A stretch of 64,000 bases of DNA from Alcanivoracaceae bacterium (GCA_016744455.1 JADGEI010000013.1:27809-91808); one strand, 5' to 3'; shown: positions 11,301 through 19,080, counted from the first letter of the stretch. Program-made: numbers and translations. Notes: generated by a model from the sequence alone, not told the origin.

Positions 11301-14300
11301 AGGAATACCTGCTGTCGATTTAGAATTATGGTCAACGGGCGCTGACGGTATTATTGGTGGAACTGATGATGTACAAGTAAGTACTACGACAACCGATGGT
11401 GTTGGTGATTATATCTTTACTAATTTAGATGAAGGCAATTACTTCGTTATTATCCCAACGCCTCCTGTGGCTGACCCATTTAGTTCAACACCAACGGCAA
11501 TCATTGATAATAATATTGATGGTAATGATGATGGTGCTCAACCAGGTGGAATAGGTACTCAAGTGACTTCACCAGTGATTAACCTAACTGCTGGAGCTGA
11601 GGTTGATAATACAATTGAAACTGAAATTGGTGTCGGTGGAGCACAAGATGATGCATTAATTGAAACCAATGGTAATATGACAATTGATTTTGGTTTCACA
11701 AACCCAGCCAACCTCGTTAGTATTGGTTCCACTGTATTTGAGGATCCAGATAACTCAGGAACTCAAGCTGCTGTTGGAGAGCCAGGAATACCTGGTGTAG
11801 ATGTAGAACTATGGTTACCAGGTCTTGATGGTGTTATTGGTGGTGGCGATGATTTGTTATTTGCGACTGATACAACCAATGGTACAGGAGATTATTTCTT
11901 TGAAAACTTAGCAGCGAGAGATTATTTTGTAGTTATACCAACAAATAACTTTGCCGTTGCTGGACCGCTAGAATTTTTACCTCTGTCTTCTTCGCCTACA
12001 AGTGTAGCAGATGATCAAACTGATGGTGATGATAATGGCGAACAAGCAGCTGGATCTGGTACACAAACTGTTTCTCCTTTAATTACTCTTGCCGTTGGTG
12101 CAGAACCTCAAGCAGTAGATGAAACGGCTGTATCTGGTGGAAATCAAGATGATGCCTATGAAGATAATGGTGATATGACAATAGATTTTGGTTTCTTCTT
12201 ACCAGCAAATCCAGTGAGCCTTGGTTCAACTTTATTTATTGATATTGATAACGACGGTATACATGAAGTTGGGGACAATGGAATTCCTGCAATCGATGTA
12301 GAGCTTTGGTCACCTGGAGCAGACACGGTTATAGGTGGTGGAGATGATGTGCAAGTTGGTACTGATGTTACGGATGGAAATGGTAATTACTTCTTTGAAA
12401 ATCTAGCTGAAGGAGATTATTTTGTTTTAATACCAACTCCACCTGCTACACATCCGCGTAGTTCAACACCAACATCGAATGCTGATAATGTTGATGGCAA
12501 TGATGATGGAATTCAACTTGGTGGGATTGGCACAGTTGTTAATTCAGAAATTGTCAATCTACAAGCAGGTGCTGAAGTAGATAATACTGTTGAAATAGAG
12601 CTTGGTTTAGGTGGAGCACAAGATGATGCTGCTGATACCAGTGGTAATATGACTGTTGATTTTGGGTTCATCACGCCTGGTGGCTTGGTAAGTATCGGGT
12701 CTACAGTTTATGAAGACATTAATAACTCTGGTACACAAGATATTGGCGAAAATGGTATTCCTGCCGTTATTGTTGAACTGTGGACAACAGGCTCTGATGG
12801 TGTTATTGGTGGAGGTGATGATGTTATGTTTGGAGCCGAAGCTACAGATGGTATTGGTAACTTTATATTTATTAAGCTTCCAAGTGGAAATTATTATTTG
12901 AAAGTTCCTGCAAGTAACTTTACTGGAGCAGGTGCCTTAACCTCAATACCATTATCTTCTGTTCCTACTAGTTTACTAGATGATCAGGATGACATCTTAG
13001 AAAATGGTGTTCAATCAGCAGGTGCAGGTACAGAAACAGTATCACCTGTTATTAACTTATCTGTAGGTTTGGAACCATTAAATATTGATGAGCCTAGTTC
13101 TGGTGGTATGCAGGATGATGATGGAGGTGATGCCAATGGAGATATGACTATAGACTTTGGTTTCTTGGCCCCAGTTATCCCTGTTAGTATTGGTTCAACT
13201 GTATTTTTAGACCCTGATAATAATGGTACTCATGATGTAGGTGAAGCAGGTATTCCTGCCATTGATTTAGAATTGTGGTCACCTGGAATAGACGGTGTAA
13301 AAGGTGGCGGTGATGATTTGCAAATTAGTGTCACTGTAACTGATGGTAATGGTGATTATTTATTCGATAATTTACCTGAGGGTGATTACTATATCGTATT
13401 GCCGACTCCACCAGTTGTTGCTCCTATGAGTTCAACACCAACTACCGGAGGTGATGATCAAACCGATGGTGATGATAATGGCGATCAAGTAAATATTGGT
13501 GATATGGTAATGTCAGTGATTATTAACTTAACACCTGGAGCAGAACCTGATGATGCAGTAGAAGATGAAATAGGTGTTGGTGGTGATCAAGATAATGCGG
13601 GAGATACCAATGGAGATATGACGATTGACTTTGGCTTTACTGACCCAGCAGTATTGGTTAGTCTAGGTTCTACAATCTACCTTGATCCTGATAATTCTGG
13701 TACACAAGCTGTTGCCGAAATAGGTGTTGCAGGTGTCACAGTTGAATTTTGGTCTCCAGGTCTAGATGGTGTCATAGGTGGTGGAGATGACGTACTTGAA
13801 GACAGTATGTTAACCAATGGATCAGGTGATTATTTCTTTAACTTCTACCCTCCTGGTGATTACTTTGTAATAGTTCCAGCATCTAATTTTAATGCAGGAC
13901 AACCGTTAGAAAATACGCCTTTCTCATCAGTTCCTACTATTTTGATTGATAATCAGGTTGATAGTGACGACCATGGAGTGCAACCAAATGGCCCAGGGAC
14001 TATGGTAGTTTCACCATTAATAAATTTAGCTGTTGGAGCTGAACCGTTAAACCCTGATGAAATTGGTATTACTGGTGGAAATCAAGATGATTTATTTGAT
14101 GCTAATGGTGATATGACAGTTGATTTTGGTTTCTTAGCTGTTGGTACTCCTGTCAGTATTGGATCAACCGTATTTGTTGATTTAAATAATAATGGTTTCC
14201 ACGATATCGGCGAGAATGGCATACCTGCAATCGACCTTGAGTTATGGTGGCCTGGTGCTGATGGAGTTAAAGGTGGTGGTGATGATGTGCAAATTGACTC

Positions 14301-15219
14301 TACTACAACTGATGGGAATGGAGATTATATTTTTGATGGTTTACCTCCAGGTGATTATTATGTTGTAATTCCTATACCTCCAGTAGCTATACCTTTAAGT
14401 TCTACACCTCCTACTGGCGGAGATGATCAAACAGATGGTGATGATAATGGTGATCAAGTTAATTCGGGCGATATGGTGATGTCTGTAATTATTAATCTTA
14501 CACCAGGAGCAGAGCCTGATGATATTGATGAAGATGAGCTAGGTGTTGGTGGAGATCAAGATAATGGAGCTGATACTGATGGTGACATGACAATTGATTT
14601 TGGTTTTGTTGACCCAGCTACATTATTGAGTATAGGTAGTACAGTGTTCCACGATCCAAATGATTCTGGTTTCCATGATGCTACTGAAGACCCTATCTCT
14701 GATGTTGCAATAGAACTGTGGTCACCTGGTGTTGATAGTGTGATTGGTGGAGGTGATGATGTTTTACTTGACTCAACTGTGACTGATGCAAATGGGGATT
14801 ATTACTTTGGTTTGTTACCTACAGGTTTATATTTTGTAGTCGTACCAGAGTCAAACTTCTTGCAAGATGCAACCTTGGTGCTATTAAGTAAGTCGTCAGT
14901 ACCAACGTCTATTGCAGATGATGGAGTGGATGGAGATGATAACGGAGCTCAACCCGGTGGCCCTCGTAGCATTGTATATTCACCAATTATTAGTTTGGTT
15001 GTAGATGATGAGCCTGTTAATGCAACAGAAACTGAGCAAGGTAACTTACAAGATGATGCGGATGATGATAATGGTGATATGACTATTGATTTTGGATTTA
15101 AGTCACCAATTCCTGAAATTATTCCTACATTGAATGCTTTGTCATTAGTATTGATGTCTTTACTGATGCTAATACTTGCTTTAATCACTAGCAGAAAATA
15201 TTTGATTGTTAAGCCATGA
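5398..15219 (+). CDS. Giant (3273 aa) secreted surface protein: DUF11-like repeat domains, 14 SdrD-B/CnaB-like Ca-binding modules, IPTL-CTERM sorting tail
   Basis: Signal peptide MNHYFRNIFTLFFFMSIISNAHA. DUF11-type segments such as GDFVEYQIQFACN...ITDNLPAELEIIS and FEYELRLVNAGNIGLQDYTLYDVLPNVGD. Modules start LGNxVWxDxNxNGxxD / IGSTVFxDxDNSG and end (N/D)MT(V/I)DFGF. The C-terminus is IPTLNALSLVLMSLLMLILALITSRKY. It is one uninterrupted ORF. Confidence 0.9.
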   Translation: MNHYFRNIFTLFFFMSIISNAHAEGPHTSTKLLTGAANVFAGDFVEYQIQFACNSLTGDCGNLSITDNLPAELEIISCTAPVGFTVTCPVGGNNVTVIKDTVFDGGDTFQLSIRSRVRLGTPGGTMITNTATTTITDGPGGNPQTNTPSAPPVTVQPGVADYIMHKTITDPPAPLGPALDADVIYDVQMCATSAVGNENMTGVVMVDTFPAGAFVFDADGGTIAGNTITWNIPDAEIALATLYATASLTSEQCVTRTITLIYPSATFGIGNPVNNTIVGSGTPAGGPGTGFGPGNDTDTTMNVIVVGAIEPGAGKVADDVISGAGEGPMIWAIDMNTDTANVAVSDFIIYEAIPNNGLPNANPPNIFPLSITSGQWNSPINFNGTTDVRATIEFSTDVVATPDLCTTASYAGNILATNIASPVASVNYPLPANATCVRWVLTDVSANLDAPATPRHWAFTTQPLLTLDTQTVPGPYPQVVENCLVTTFTLNGVSTIDGPDCFTANIEDPTVAIASEKIRLAPSGDALPGQEVQERLTFTHIEGDSTVGAVDPVVADLLPPELEFVSWDAYNVAGGLNPPNLEVIPNYAGTGRTMVRFSWSTVAVGVQIDGSPGVANSETFSETTADADMPQMDITLKVKDGTPAGVYTNELAFFDRNPTGRFTCGAPASEPGVDLSGNNNDGAGTNADDLFCRGTDPVGVLSSAVLGGSKWVKGDGSTGDGVNTSSDDPTSDPSIINAACPDVPNGSDFTRFPCAAWTDVGGNFEYELRLVNAGNIGLQDYTLYDVLPNVGDTGVGPALSFTARESRWRPELAGAITIVPGTLIDGVTPFNPFGVVLEYSTAANPCRDDLADPSMPNVCDADYGALPGALDTVTAYRIKVPFATAWPPGATFTLRVPMVAPVNAPPSIDADAANFNPAWNSFAHVARQEGAATFLLPAEPRKVGIVVPPSFRLGNLVWVDTNRNGIAEVGEPGIPNVNVELRQDDDGSAGPTAGDTIVNSMLTDVDGHYMFENLGPNDYYINIPVGQDGVGGPLENYFQTDVGEEASPNSDGDNNDNGTLTVAGLGLASGVVTLGPMFNEPTGEQNRNGSGSDEIDFYPDALSNLTVDIGYWRPFSLGNQVWLDDGPGADFNNGIFDVSESGIDGITVRLLNSDATPFIDTSTMAAVTTITANGGYYLFENIPARNYIVELDLTSGAGFTHLSTSTGANANTGPFENPPDADGNATDEDDNGQRINNSTIRSLTVTIGASDVPAEPTAEAGAVDATLVNGQGTAPDGTALPDIQANVTVDFGLFESYSVGNRVWFDDNDSGTIDGIEAGINNVTVNLYDAADLNSILDTMTTNANGYYRFDFLRAGDYVVEAETPAGTHSSTPNAGDPDADLDEDDDNGVDIATHAGFAMSDAITVGPGASEQLTDVKDGPGDTTLAAVDDHNDMSVDFGFVKEFSLGNRVWLDANNNGVIDATENGINGVTVNLYEDFDTNGAPDGPVVATMVTIADGLDNGYYRFDDLLTGTYMVEIDATNFAGPLTDLISSTPDAGDPDADADDSDDNGSDLATTMGAVFSAPVTLGQADDEPLTEADLGVGGQGTTLDSRANMTVDFGFFEPLSLGNLVWIDTDNNGTLNGVEIGHPLVTVQVYRDTDANGIFNPANDTLIDTDITDANGFYLFTELGADNYFVHIPVANFGPAQALAGYSTSTGADALLGPSEPAASPEDDADTVDDGSFSLVTNGTVSLPVTLAPNSEVQMELPTATGNPGDDGAGTPDNDSNLTVDFGFYQSVSIGSTVFEDTDNSGHQDGGEVAIANVDVELWHPGVDGVIGGGDDVMIDTTTTSGTGDYIFANLPVGDYYVVVPAINFNAGNALENLASSSYPTVTADVITDDGDDHGEQSGGSGTVTTSPLINLSLGAEPIDGVDETEQGNLQDNDIIDENGDMTVDFGFFNPVNPMSLGSTVFLDPNNNGQHEATEAGIPAVDLELWSTGADGIIGGTDDVQVSTTTTDGVGDYIFTNLDEGNYFVIIPTPPVADPFSSTPTAIIDNNIDGNDDGAQPGGIGTQVTSPVINLTAGAEVDNTIETEIGVGGAQDDALIETNGNMTIDFGFTNPANLVSIGSTVFEDPDNSGTQAAVGEPGIPGVDVELWLPGLDGVIGGGDDLLFATDTTNGTGDYFFENLAARDYFVVIPTNNFAVAGPLEFLPLSSSPTSVADDQTDGDDNGEQAAGSGTQTVSPLITLAVGAEPQAVDETAVSGGNQDDAYEDNGDMTIDFGFFLPANPVSLGSTLFIDIDNDGIHEVGDNGIPAIDVELWSPGADTVIGGGDDVQVGTDVTDGNGNYFFENLAEGDYFVLIPTPPATHPRSSTPTSNADNVDGNDDGIQLGGIGTVVNSEIVNLQAGAEVDNTVEIELGLGGAQDDAADTSGNMTVDFGFITPGGLVSIGSTVYEDINNSGTQDIGENGIPAVIVELWTTGSDGVIGGGDDVMFGAEATDGIGNFIFIKLPSGNYYLKVPASNFTGAGALTSIPLSSVPTSLLDDQDDILENGVQSAGAGTETVSPVINLSVGLEPLNIDEPSSGGMQDDDGGDANGDMTIDFGFLAPVIPVSIGSTVFLDPDNNGTHDVGEAGIPAIDLELWSPGIDGVKGGGDDLQISVTVTDGNGDYLFDNLPEGDYYIVLPTPPVVAPMSSTPTTGGDDQTDGDDNGDQVNIGDMVMSVIINLTPGAEPDDAVEDEIGVGGDQDNAGDTNGDMTIDFGFTDPAVLVSLGSTIYLDPDNSGTQAVAEIGVAGVTVEFWSPGLDGVIGGGDDVLEDSMLTNGSGDYFFNFYPPGDYFVIVPASNFNAGQPLENTPFSSVPTILIDNQVDSDDHGVQPNGPGTMVVSPLINLAVGAEPLNPDEIGITGGNQDDLFDANGDMTVDFGFLAVGTPVSIGSTVFVDLNNNGFHDIGENGIPAIDLELWWPGADGVKGGGDDVQIDSTTTDGNGDYIFDGLPPGDYYVVIPIPPVAIPLSSTPPTGGDDQTDGDDNGDQVNSGDMVMSVIINLTPGAEPDDIDEDELGVGGDQDNGADTDGDMTIDFGFVDPATLLSIGSTVFHDPNDSGFHDATEDPISDVAIELWSPGVDSVIGGGDDVLLDSTVTDANGDYYFGLLPTGLYFVVVPESNFLQDATLVLLSKSSVPTSIADDGVDGDDNGAQPGGPRSIVYSPIISLVVDDEPVNATETEQGNLQDDADDDNGDMTIDFGFKSPIPEIIPTLNALSLVLMSLLMLILALITSRKYLIVKP
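8248..15099 (+). repeat. Coding tandem repeat: 14 SdrD-B-like modules; the last nine alternate between two subtypes (A/B)
   Basis: Module starts read in frame at nt 8248, 8740, 9286, 9730, 10216, 10735, 11236, 11716, 12214, 12688, 13183, 13657, 14152, 14626; the last module ends at 15099. From 10735 on, units of 474-501 nt alternate: A type (FEDxDNSG.Q ... NF.....LE.....SS.PT) and B type (F.D..NNG.H ... TPPV..P.SSTPT). Confidence 0.85.
15100..15216 (+). other. IPTL-CTERM protein-sorting domain at the C-terminus of the giant protein
   Basis: IPTL (nt 15121-15132), then a hydrophobic helix NALSLVLMSLLMLILALI and the basic residues SRKY. This is the tripartite layout of the IPTL-CTERM family. 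Confidence 0.75.
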
Positions 15220-15246
15220 TAATATCTTTACTTAGGTAGATTGAGT

Positions 15247-15279
15247 AACAAAAAGGGCAATTGATTTGCCCTTTTTGTT
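15247..15279 (+). terminator. Rho-independent terminator after the giant gene
   Basis: Perfect 14-bp stem AACAAAAAGGGCAA / TTGCCCTTTTTGTT with a 5-nt loop and a T-rich 3' arm. Confidence 0.8.
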
Positions 15280-15359
15280 ATGTGTAATTTAATAAAAGTC
15301 AAAAATCATCTGCTAATCTAAGTTAGAATACATCTTCTTATTAATTTAGTTATTATTGC

Positions 15360-17744
15360 ATGAATAATTTATTGTTAATTTTATTGGTTGTGAGTAGTTG
15401 TGGTTATTCAATAGATTCGCCTCGTTTAGATTTAAATCGACACACTAACTTTCCGACCATAATCCGTGTTTATTATAAGAATCAACAACATGTTCAAAAA
15501 CTAAGCGAAATCACAGCATTATGGGAAGTTAATACAAATCAAAACTATGTTCTCATGATGGTTAATGATTATGATGAATTAAGTAAAGTACAATTGTTAG
15601 ATTTGCCAGTTCATATTGACAGTAAAAGGCAAAAGAAATATTTTTCAAAACAGCGACAATCCATAAAATCTATAACTGGGAGCCAAACAATCCCAGGTTT
15701 TAGTTGTTACTCTACAGTTGAAGGGACTTTTACCCGGATGGCTGCTATGGAAACAAATTTTCCTAATTTAGCAGAAATTATAGATATTGGAGATAGTTGG
15801 GAAAAAACCATTGATGTAAACAATGGTTATGACCTTAAAGTCATGAAAATCACCAATCAAAATAATGTAACAGATAAACCTGTTTTGTTTATGACGTCGG
15901 CTATTCACGCACGAGAATACACAACTGCTGAGCTCACTACTCGATTTGCAGAAATGTTATTAGACCAATATGAAACTAATGCAGATGTACGATGGATGCT
16001 TGATCATCAGGAAGTTCATTTACTGTTACATACCAATCCAGATGGTAGGAAAAAAGCAGAAGCAGGTCTCTTGTGGCGTAAAAACACCAATACAGCTTAC
16101 TGCACACCAACAAGCAATGATAGAGGAGCTGATTTAAATAGAAACTATCCTTTTTTTTGGGAATCAAATAATAACCAATGTGCAGCAACTTTCCCTGGTA
16201 GCACTGTGCAATCTGAGCCAGAAGTAGATTTTGTCATGAGTTACCTAAATACAATTTACGATGATAATCGTGGCCCCGGATTGAATGATAGCGCGCCATT
16301 GGATACAGCTGGTGTTTTTTTAGATATACACAGTTTTAGCCAATTGATTTTATGGCCTTGGGGGTTTACAAGTGCTCAACCACCTAACGCCGATCAATTT
16401 AAAGCCTTTGGTAAACGTGTGGCATTGTTTAATAATTATAAACCTGAGCCTGTTAGTGATTTAACCATTGCAAAGGGTGGCTCAATAGATGCTTCATATG
16501 GAGAGCTAGGTGTTGCTTCTCTAGCCTTTGAATTAGGAACGGATTTTTTTCAAGATTGCAATACATTTGAAAACAATATATTGCCTGACAATCTTAAGGC
16601 TTTACTGTATATAAGCCGAATATCTCGAACACCTTATAGTGCACCACTGGGACCTGATATAGAAGATCTCTTGTTGATTCCAAACGTTATAACTTCAGGG
16701 CAAAGCGTTTCAATTAGTGGTAGGGCAAATGATGATAGATACAATCACTCAAATGGTTCCCAAGTAGTAGAACAAGTTGATTCCGTAGATATGTATATCA
16801 ATGATCTGCCTTGGTTGCATACAAATTCACAGAGTGTTAATGCGGAAGATGGTAATTATGATTCATCGCAAGAAAGTTTTAAGCATGTCATTGATACCGA
16901 CTCATTGTCAACTGGTAAAAATCAGGTATTTGTTGTCGCAACAGATAGCAACGATAAAGAAGGAGGGGTTTTTGCAAGGTTCTTAAATGTTGTAGATCCA
17001 GTAAACGTTGGCACAATATCAGGAGTCGTGACAAACGCTGTATCAGGAAATCCAATAAGTGGTTCGCAATTGGTAGTAGAGGAGTCAATGGGTTTGAGCG
17101 ATAATTTTGGAAACTATAGTCTGTTAGTTTTTCCTTCAACATCTGAGTTGTTAATATCTGCAGATGGTTTTGTTTCTAAGACCATTACTAATGTTGAGAT
17201 TATACAACAGCAGACATCAACATTAGATATCGAATTAGAACCTTTTTGTAGTACTTTTTCTGATGATATGGAATCAGGTATTCAGCTATGGTTAGCTGAT
17301 TCCCCTTGGGCTATAGTGGATAATTCTTCAGTTTCACCAACGCATTCATGGACTGATAGCCCTAATGTTAATTATGCTGATAACATAGATATAAAACTTA
17401 CATCTGCTACTATTGATGTTTCAGGAGCAAGTAATATGGAAATTAGTTTTAATAGTTTTTGTGATACGGAATCAGGTTTTGATTTTGGTCATCTTGAAGT
17501 AAGTTTTGATGGCTCGAATTGGGATGAAGTGTTCCGTTGTGATGGCGAGTCAACTTGGAAACATATTGCGCAAAGCGTGGATATTCCTTCGAATAGCCAG
17601 TTGATGAAATTACGATTCAGATTGTCATCAGATGCTTCAGTGACAAGACCTGGTTGGGGTATTGATGATGTTAATGTAAAGGTATCAGGTCAACCCTGTC
17701 ATTTGCTCTCTGAAGATATTATTTATATAAATGGTTTTGAGTAA
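15360..17744 (+). CDS. Secreted M14 zinc carboxypeptidase with CarboxypepD_reg-like and MAM/jelly-roll-like C-terminal domains; ends in ...INGFE
   Basis: Signal/lipobox-like N-terminus MNNLLLILLVVSSCG. Zn ligands HAREYTTAE (HxxE) and FLDIHSFSQ; catalytic Glu region LAFELG. ISGVVTNAVSGNPISG... beta-sandwich. C-terminal domain with RFRLSSDASVTRPGWGIDDVNV. Confidence 0.85.
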   Translation: MNNLLLILLVVSSCGYSIDSPRLDLNRHTNFPTIIRVYYKNQQHVQKLSEITALWEVNTNQNYVLMMVNDYDELSKVQLLDLPVHIDSKRQKKYFSKQRQSIKSITGSQTIPGFSCYSTVEGTFTRMAAMETNFPNLAEIIDIGDSWEKTIDVNNGYDLKVMKITNQNNVTDKPVLFMTSAIHAREYTTAELTTRFAEMLLDQYETNADVRWMLDHQEVHLLLHTNPDGRKKAEAGLLWRKNTNTAYCTPTSNDRGADLNRNYPFFWESNNNQCAATFPGSTVQSEPEVDFVMSYLNTIYDDNRGPGLNDSAPLDTAGVFLDIHSFSQLILWPWGFTSAQPPNADQFKAFGKRVALFNNYKPEPVSDLTIAKGGSIDASYGELGVASLAFELGTDFFQDCNTFENNILPDNLKALLYISRISRTPYSAPLGPDIEDLLLIPNVITSGQSVSISGRANDDRYNHSNGSQVVEQVDSVDMYINDLPWLHTNSQSVNAEDGNYDSSQESFKHVIDTDSLSTGKNQVFVVATDSNDKEGGVFARFLNVVDPVNVGTISGVVTNAVSGNPISGSQLVVEESMGLSDNFGNYSLLVFPSTSELLISADGFVSKTITNVEIIQQQTSTLDIELEPFCSTFSDDMESGIQLWLADSPWAIVDNSSVSPTHSWTDSPNVNYADNIDIKLTSATIDVSGASNMEISFNSFCDTESGFDFGHLEVSFDGSNWDEVFRCDGESTWKHIAQSVDIPSNSQLMKLRFRLSSDASVTRPGWGIDDVNVKVSGQPCHLLSEDIIYINGFE

Positions 17745-17772
17745 ATATTATTACCCTTTATCTATTAGGGTT

Positions 17773-18102
17773 TTATAAGAGTGCTTTATCAGGGCCAGGG
17801 CAGTCCTTAAATTTACAATTATTGTTGTGGTCACGCCCAATAAATGAACCATCAGCACATTGCTTAACATCGGCGGTACATAAGACTTCTTTTTTTGGTG
17901 CCTTCGGACAAGCATTAAATTTACAATTGTTTTTCGGGTTTCTGCCAACAACTGTTCCATCGGGGCATTGTTTTGCTTCTTTCGTACAGGCTTGAGTAGT
18001 TGGTGTTTCTTTGGAATCAGTAGATGAGTCTACGACAGTTTCCTTTGAATTACAACTAACGATAAATAGCCCTACTAATAAGGTTAAACTTAGTTTTTTC
18101 AT
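17773..18102 (-). CDS. Small Cys-rich tandem-repeat lipoprotein (unknown family)
   Basis: Start chosen at MKKLSLTLLVGLFIVSC (lipobox), whose ATG overlaps the upstream GNAT stop as ATGA. Two about 34-aa repeats: CTKEAKQCPDGTVVGRNPKNNCKFNACP and CTADVKQCADGSFIGRDHNNNCKFKDCP. Confidence 0.65.
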   Translation of the reverse strand: MKKLSLTLLVGLFIVSCNSKETVVDSSTDSKETPTTQACTKEAKQCPDGTVVGRNPKNNCKFNACPKAPKKEVLCTADVKQCADGSFIGRDHNNNCKFKDCPGPDKALL

Positions 18103-18581
18103 AATGTTTTCTGCCAAAATTCTGCTTTTCCCATTATAGGATCTAATGCATAACGATTAAAGCCAAATTTTCTATACGAGTTAATGGCGATAAAATTTTT
18201 ATCTAATACTTCTAATGTTAATTTACAACAATTTCTTTCTACGGCAATGTCTTCAACCATTTGTAACATTTTGGTACTTAATCCCATACCTCTGAATTCG
18301 GTCGCAACTATTAAATCATGTATGTTTATTAGTGGTTTGCAATTAAAAGTTGAAAATCCTTCAAAGCAATTTAACAATCCGGCAGGTTGCCCTTCAACAT
18401 AAGCCAGTATACTTACTGCATCTTTACGGTTGGATAATTCATAGACAAGGTTTTGTGCAACAAAATCAGGTAAAGCTTCATTCCCTCCCATTGGGTCATT
18501 AGCATAACAGTCTAACATTTCAATAATATGCCTACCATTTTTCTTGTCATTATAATTAGCTTGTACTATTTTTATAGTCAT
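18099..18581 (-). CDS. GNAT-family N-acetyltransferase
   Basis: Start taken at MTIKIVQANY (ATG 18581, preceded by GGAGAA); the longer listed ORF is an unlikely extension. Acetyl-CoA binding region IHDLIVATEFRGMGLSTKMLQMVEDIA. Confidence 0.75.
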   Translation of the reverse strand: MTIKIVQANYNDKKNGRHIIEMLDCYANDPMGGNEALPDFVAQNLVYELSNRKDAVSILAYVEGQPAGLLNCFEGFSTFNCKPLINIHDLIVATEFRGMGLSTKMLQMVEDIAVERNCCKLTLEVLDKNFIAINSYRKFGFNRYALDPIMGKAEFWQKTL

Positions 18582-18852
18582 AACAATTCTCCGATTTATG
18601 GTTGCTAGAATTATGTTAGAATGCATCATACCACTATTATATATCATATGGAATATTACCATGACAATACTTACTTTAGATCGCAAGGTGGATAAATGAT
18701 TAAACATGGCTAGGCACTAAATTCTTGTTCCACGGATTTTATAGGCTTTAAAGTTATACATAGCTTCAAAAGCCTGTTTGGTATCTGATCTTCTCAAAAT
18801 CTTCGGTTGAGCCTATAACAAAATTTATATAAGTATTCTTGAACAAAATGTT

Positions 18853-19080
18853 GTGATACACTATGAGAAGTACCAAGTAGAAATCTTTTTAAGTTTGCAA
18901 TCGCAACATGAACTCACCGCATTACCTACCGATGAATTAGATATTGACAATGATGGTGGTTTTTCTGAAATTTTACCGATTGACCTAGACGGAAACTCAA
19001 GAGTTTCCAAGACATTGGTAGATATAGGGCCTTATGAGCGAGTTTTTTTAGAATTGGTGTTTACTGATGGGTTTGAATGA
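18853..19080 (+). pseudogene. 3' remnant of a paralog of the 19291-20556 beta-helix gene
   Basis: Only the last about 50 codons (LPTDELDIDNDGGFSEILPIDLDGNSRVSKTLVDIGPYERVFLELVFTDGFE) align to the C-terminus of the neighbour (LPLDDFDIDNDGDFGETIPLDLDSNLRISGASVDIGAYEFQVLVFYDGFE). There is no signal peptide or beta-helix part. The 3' flanks also share GGTTTTAGGT(G/A)ACAG. Confidence 0.7.

Noticed and set aside
10735-15099. Regular repeats of about 480 nt that could be mistaken for a CRISPR-like or satellite array
   Set aside because: The repeats are in frame and encode SdrD-B-like protein modules. The unit length is far larger than CRISPR repeats or spacers, and there are no short identical direct repeats.
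5406-15188. About 15 ORFs of 60-190 aa on the minus strand or in alternative plus frames inside the giant gene (for example 7155-7721, 7983-8384, 6180-6509, 12710-12901)
   Set aside because: They all lie inside one uninterrupted 9.8-kb ORF with clear domain structure. Their translations are low-complexity (S/P/G/T or L/H/Q rich), as expected for frame shadows of a Gly/Asp/Val-rich repeat gene, and they have no RBS or start context.
18582-18707. N-terminal 42-codon extension of the GNAT ORF (listed as 18099-18707)
   Set aside because: The extension is hydrophobic nonsense with no similarity to GNAT folds. The internal ATG at 18581 has a GGAGAA RBS and yields a normal 160-aa GNAT.
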